A model generated the notes under the pieces. It was not told where the DNA came from. It did not search any database and worked only from the letters and a program-made list of their open reading frames with translations. Source: Pseudomonadota bacterium (lineage in GTDB: Bacteria; Pseudomonadota; Alphaproteobacteria; Rhizobiales; Amorphaceae). From it: DNA of 64,000 nt. Of the stretch, positions 59,773 to 64,000 are shown one piece after another. Location: positions 8,572 to 72,571 of the forward strand of contig JBCCYN010000002.1 in NCBI GenBank assembly GCA_039189655.1, read 5' to 3'. Within the stretch, counting starts at the first letter, position 1; every line of letters begins with the position of its first letter. The translations under genes and the position numbers were made by a program.

Positions 59773-60463
59773 GGCGAACGATTTCCGCGAACCGGGTCAA
59801 CATCGTTTTTGCGCGCACCGCTTCATCGGCAGAGTCCTTCAGCTCGTCAATATCGGCTCCGTCCGCCTCCATCCGGGCTCGGTTTTCTTCAAACCAGATC
59901 TTCGCCTGGTCCTTCGAAATTTCAGGATGGCCCTGGATGCCCCACACCTGCGCCTCGCGATGGCGCCAGATCTGGTTCGGGCAATCGTCGGAGCTGGCGA
60001 GAATGGTCATGTCCTGATGGTGGGCATGTACCTCGTCGTTATGCCAGACGAACATATGCACGCTATCGCCAAGGTCTTGCGCCAACGGGTCAGTTGCGGC
60101 GGCCGCGGTGAGGGGAAGATCCTTGTAGCCGATCTCGCACGCTTCGCGGCGAAAAACCTGGTCCCGGCCGCACAGGGCAGAGGCCAGAATCTGGCTGCCA
60201 AAGCAGATCCCTAGCATCGGGATGGATGCTTCCGCCGCCTGCGCAATCAGCTCATGCTCCCGGTGGATGAACTCGACATCTTCGTAGGCGCCGTGGGGGC
60301 TGCCGGACAGGAAAATGCCGTCATAGCCGGAAACGTCGGTGGGGAAGTCGCCATTGTAGGCCCAGCGGCGATCGACCTTGAGGCCCCAACTCTCAAAGCG
60401 GTCGTCGAGCTTGGCTACCGACTGTTGTTTCGGTCCGTTGCTCAGATAAAGAAGACGTCCCAT
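59765..60463 (-). CDS. class I glutamine amidotransferase-like protein
   Basis: LSGSP, LGICFGSQ (catalytic Cys), WH.DEV, IQGHPE (His-Glu). Confidence 0.9.
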   Translation of the reverse strand: MGRLLYLSNGPKQQSVAKLDDRFESWGLKVDRRWAYNGDFPTDVSGYDGIFLSGSPHGAYEDVEFIHREHELIAQAAEASIPMLGICFGSQILASALCGRDQVFRREACEIGYKDLPLTAAAATDPLAQDLGDSVHMFVWHNDEVHAHHQDMTILASSDDCPNQIWRHREAQVWGIQGHPEISKDQAKIWFEENRARMEADGADIDELKDSADEAVRAKTMLTRFAEIVRHG

Positions 60464-60638
60464 GGCGCACCCCAGCTAGAACCCAAACCGCGAGCCATCA
60501 AAGGTCGTGCCAACACGCGGTCGGTTCGTTTCTTTCTTTCGTTGACGCTTGATGCGCAATCGCTAGGCTTTGTCCATCGTGATTTTCCTGCCCCCACCAG
60601 CCGGCACAACAAGCAGATCGGCGCGAGGACCATTGCCA

Positions 60639-61817
60639 ATGGCATTCGAACCCGGCTCCATGTTGCCGTTCTCCCGCGAAGAGTTGCTCGCCCGCCAGGG
60701 GCGCCTTCGCGCGTCGCTCAACGAAATGGGCGTCGACGCCATGGTGGTCTTTGCCCAGGAGAGCCACTATTGGTTGACCGGTTACGACAGCGGCGGCTTC
60801 GTGTTTTTCCAGTGCGCCATCGTCACCGCGGACGAGCGCCCCATCGTGCTCCTGACGCGTCGGCCGGACCTTGTGCAAGCGAGGCTCACCTCCACCATTG
60901 ACGACATTCGCATCTGGTGGGACGCGGACGACGCCAATCCCGCCGAAGACCTTCGCGCCATCCTAGAGGAGTTGGGCCTCAAGGGCGGCCGCGTCGCCAT
61001 TGAACTCAACACCCACGGTCTGACCGGGTGGAATCTGTGGCGTACCCAGCGCGCGCTGGACGGGTTCTGCACTCTGGAGGATGACGAACACCTGATCCGT
61101 CGGTTACGTCTCATCAAATCGCCCGCTGAACTCCAATACATGCGTAAGGCCGCCGAAATCTTGGATGTTTCCCTAGTGGAGGTCATTGAAGCTGCCAAGC
61201 CGGGCATGTTGGAGCAGGATGTAAAGGGCGTCTACTTCGCCTCCATCATGCGCCAGGGCGCCGATTTTCCCCCCAACGGTCCCCTTTTCAATTCGGGTGA
61301 GCGGGCCACCTTCGGCCGCAGCGTTGCCGGGCCGCGGCGGATTGAGGCGCAGGATCAGCTTCTTGTGGAGTATCCGGTTCCGTACCGGCGCTACAACGTG
61401 AAGACGGAGTGGACCATAATATTCGGCGACCTTTCCGATACCCAGCGGCGCATGTACGACGCCGCCCGAAAAACGCTGCACCGAATGACTGAGATCGCAC
61501 GACCGGGCACGGCCCTGGGCGAAATCTTCCAAGCCCATGCGGACGGGCTTGACGGCGCTGGATACGCCGCCCATCGCTATGGCGCCACGGGCTATTCCGT
61601 CGGCCTCGGCTATGCGCCCACCAGCATGGACGTTCCGCCGATGATCTATGCCGGCGCCAAGCAACCATGCGAGCCGGGCATGACCCTGTTTTATCATGTG
61701 ATGATCGGTGACAGCGATTCTGGCTACGGCATGGGTGTCGGCCATACGCTGCTCGTGACCGACGACGCGCCGGAGGTGCTCACCGCTTTGCCGGACGACA
61801 TCACGGTAGTTGGCTAA
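60639..61817 (+). CDS. second M24/creatinase-fold hydrolase (DoeA/EutD-like)
   Basis: FSREELLARQ, YWLTGYD, RLIKSPAEL.YMRKAA, TGYSVGLGY.P, PGMTLF. Confidence 0.82.
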   Translation: MAFEPGSMLPFSREELLARQGRLRASLNEMGVDAMVVFAQESHYWLTGYDSGGFVFFQCAIVTADERPIVLLTRRPDLVQARLTSTIDDIRIWWDADDANPAEDLRAILEELGLKGGRVAIELNTHGLTGWNLWRTQRALDGFCTLEDDEHLIRRLRLIKSPAELQYMRKAAEILDVSLVEVIEAAKPGMLEQDVKGVYFASIMRQGADFPPNGPLFNSGERATFGRSVAGPRRIEAQDQLLVEYPVPYRRYNVKTEWTIIFGDLSDTQRRMYDAARKTLHRMTEIARPGTALGEIFQAHADGLDGAGYAAHRYGATGYSVGLGYAPTSMDVPPMIYAGAKQPCEPGMTLFYHVMIGDSDSGYGMGVGHTLLVTDDAPEVLTALPDDITVVG

Positions 61818-61886
61818 GAACCTGCAAGGCGGCCACCGCCAATGGATCGGTTTTTAAGCCGTCCGAACCGAGGAGGAGAAACGCGT

Positions 61887-63428
61887 ATGACCGAGTTCAC
61901 CATTTCGCGCCGCGGCGTTGTGATCGGGATGGCCGCCGCTGGCCTCGCGCCCGGCATAGGCCTTGCCAAGGCCGCAACGCCAAAGGACGGCGGCACGCTT
62001 AAGATCAGCCACTCGACGCGCATTGCGACCCTCAACCCGCTCACCCTTTCCGGTCCCGCCGAGTACCCGTGCATTGACATGCTCTACTCCGGCCTCACCC
62101 GGATCGGCGCGGACAACCTCCCCCGTCCGGACCTCGCCGAAAGCTGGGAAGCCGATCCCGACGCCAGGGGATTTACATTCAAACTGCGCCCGGGCGTTAC
62201 CTTCCACGACGGCTCGCCCTGCACTGCCGAAGACGTCAAAGCCACCTATGAGCGCATCCTCGATCCGGACCAGGCGGCGAGTGCTCGCTCGGTGCTCGAC
62301 ATGATCGAGAGCATCGAAGCGGTGGACGACGTGACCGTACGCTTCAACCTTGGCATCCCGTACGCGGATTTTCCCTTCTCCACTGGCCACGCCAACGCGC
62401 GCATTCTTTCCCGCGCCGCGCTTGCCGGGCCGCCGGAGGCGCTGGAAACCCAAGCCAACGGTACCGGCCCCTTCAAGCTCGACAGCTATGACAGCGCCCA
62501 GGTCACCCGCCTCGTCAAAAGCGACAGCTACTTTCAGACAGGCAAGCCCTATCTTGATGCGGTCGAGATGCATCTCTTCCCTGATCTTGCCGCGGAAACG
62601 GCTAACTTCCTGTCCGGCAACATGGACGTGATGCTTGTCGTCCAGCAGGCGGACTATGCGCGCATTGCCGATTCTGCAGGCGTCGAAGCCCAACGCGTGC
62701 CGTCCGGGCGCTACGTAAACGTGGTCATGCGCTACGATGTGAAACCGTGGGACGATGTGCGGGTGCGCAAAGCGTTGGCGCTGTCGGTGGATCGTCAGCT
62801 TTTGGTGGACATCGTCCTCGAAGGTCTGGGCCGCCCCGCCTATGACAACATCCTGTCACCGGAGTTTCAGTACGCTATCGACACCCCGACGGTGAGCTAC
62901 GATCCCGCCGCTGCCAAGGCGCTTCTTGCGGAGGCCGGCTATCCCGACGGTATCGACCTCACCCTTGGCGCTTCAAACCGTCCTGCGATCCGAGCTCAGG
63001 TTGCTGTCGCCATCAAGCAGATGGCCGAACCTGCCGGCTTCCGCATCGAAGTGGAGACAATGCCCCACGACACCTACCTTGCGAACGTCTGGCGCAAGGG
63101 CGGTTTTTACATGGCCTATTGGGGTATGCAGCCCACCGAGGACGCCACGTTCAACCTGCTCCTCACCTCCAACGCCTCCTACGAAGACACCGGCTGGAAC
63201 AGCGCGCGGTTCGATGAACTGGTGGAAAAGGGTCGCGCCACTGTCGATGATGGGGAGCGGGCGAAGATCTACGCCGAAGCCCAGCAACTCATCTTGGACG
63301 AAATCCCTTACGTGATACCCTTCTTTGAGGATGTCCTTACCGCAAGCCGGGACGGTGTCCACGAATGGAGCGTCGCTCCGGTCTCACGTTTTTACTACAT
63401 TGAGGATGTGTGGCTGGACGAAGCCTAG
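61887..63428 (+). CDS. family-5 (dipeptide/oligopeptide/nickel) ABC substrate-binding protein, Tat-type signal
   Basis: SRRGVV twin-arginine, PDLAESWE, LRPGVTFHDG, GTGPFKL, DVRVRKAL; AGGAGG RBS. Confidence 0.93.
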   Translation: MTEFTISRRGVVIGMAAAGLAPGIGLAKAATPKDGGTLKISHSTRIATLNPLTLSGPAEYPCIDMLYSGLTRIGADNLPRPDLAESWEADPDARGFTFKLRPGVTFHDGSPCTAEDVKATYERILDPDQAASARSVLDMIESIEAVDDVTVRFNLGIPYADFPFSTGHANARILSRAALAGPPEALETQANGTGPFKLDSYDSAQVTRLVKSDSYFQTGKPYLDAVEMHLFPDLAAETANFLSGNMDVMLVVQQADYARIADSAGVEAQRVPSGRYVNVVMRYDVKPWDDVRVRKALALSVDRQLLVDIVLEGLGRPAYDNILSPEFQYAIDTPTVSYDPAAAKALLAEAGYPDGIDLTLGASNRPAIRAQVAVAIKQMAEPAGFRIEVETMPHDTYLANVWRKGGFYMAYWGMQPTEDATFNLLLTSNASYEDTGWNSARFDELVEKGRATVDDGERAKIYAEAQQLILDEIPYVIPFFEDVLTASRDGVHEWSVAPVSRFYYIEDVWLDEA

Positions 63429-63440
63429 GCTCAACGCCCC

Positions 63441-64000
63441 ATGACCCTTGGGTACCTTGTCCGGCGGTTCGGTGCCGTTTTACTTGTGCTTGCCATCGTC
63501 ACTTTTGCCGTCTTTGCGGTGACGATGCTGCTGCCGGGCAACGCGGCGATCATGATCCTCGGCGAGTACGGGTCCGACGATCAGATTGCCGCTCTTGAAA
63601 AACAGCTGAACCTCAACCGGCCCTGGTGGGAGCAGTATGCCTCCTGGGTCGGCGGGGCGCTGCAGGGCGATTTTGGCATGTCCCTTCGCCTGTCACTGCC
63701 GGTGACCGAGGTGGTGTTGCCGGCCCTTGCCAACTCCGCGGCCCTTGCCGCCGTTGCGCTGCTGGCGGTCACTTTGATCGCCATCCCCCTCGGGGCCTAC
63801 GCGGCCCTTCATCGTGGAAAGCCTGCCGATCTTATCATCGGGCTGTTTGCCTATATCGGCGCGTCGATGCCCGAATTCGTCACCGCGACACTCCTTCTCG
63901 TAATATTTGCTGGACCCGGACGCGAATTCTTGCCGGCCGGTGGTTTCGTCGCGCCGGGTGAAAGTATTATCGGTTTCCTATCCCACGTGGCACTGCCGGC
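63441..64000 (+). CDS. ABC permease DppB/OppB-like, partial (runs off the window)
   Basis: Manual translation MTLGYLVRRFGAVLLVLAIVTFAVF...LPGNAA...LNLNRPWWEQY..W..GALQGDFG.S. Confidence 0.9.
   Translation, partial: MTLGYLVRRFGAVLLVLAIVTFAVFAVTMLLPGNAAIMILGEYGSDDQIAALEKQLNLNRPWWEQYASWVGGALQGDFGMSLRLSLPVTEVVLPALANSAALAAVALLAVTLIAIPLGAYAALHRGKPADLIIGLFAYIGASMPEFVTATLLLVIFAGPGREFLPAGGFVAPGESIIGFLSHVALP

Noticed and set aside
1-64000. tRNA, rRNA, CRISPR array or prophage genes
   Set aside because: No cloverleaf or T-loop signatures, rRNA-like tracts, repeat-spacer arrays, integrase or phage structural genes seen by eye, other than the phage-tail-derived T6SS proteins

Overview
Chromosomal window of a high-GC alphaproteobacterium, most likely Hyphomicrobiales/Rhizobiales-like. 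That inference rests on class I LysRS, cobS/cobT, ialB-rlmN, cysG-DUF2849-cysI-DUF934, long-form dcd and sdhCDA. The left edge holds the start of a type VI secretion operon (tssB-tssC-hcp-tssE-tssF, running off the window) with a divergent TPR-methyltransferase. Most of the middle is housekeeping. Accessory patches are a lower-GC insert between cobS and cobT, a block of secreted proteins (DUF1906 hydrolase, RTX metalloprotease, two paralogous unknown exported proteins placed where sdhB would be), a triple-PAS chemoreceptor next to two decayed IS630 elements, and a catabolic cluster (two M24-fold enzymes lacking most metal ligands, a class I GATase, a family-5 ABC importer). The main sequence-level observations are: (1) two near-identical CRP-consensus-like boxes seen only in the T6SS locus; (2) a 55-bp palindromic repeat present twice in inverted orientation that supplies the stop codon of a gene each time; (3) a ~130-nt rod-like candidate ncRNA; (4) an sdhCDA operon with no adjacent sdhB. 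No rRNA, tRNA or CRISPR array was seen. Product calls come from motif recognition by eye, not database searches. Several start codons were moved from the ORF track to RBS-supported positions.
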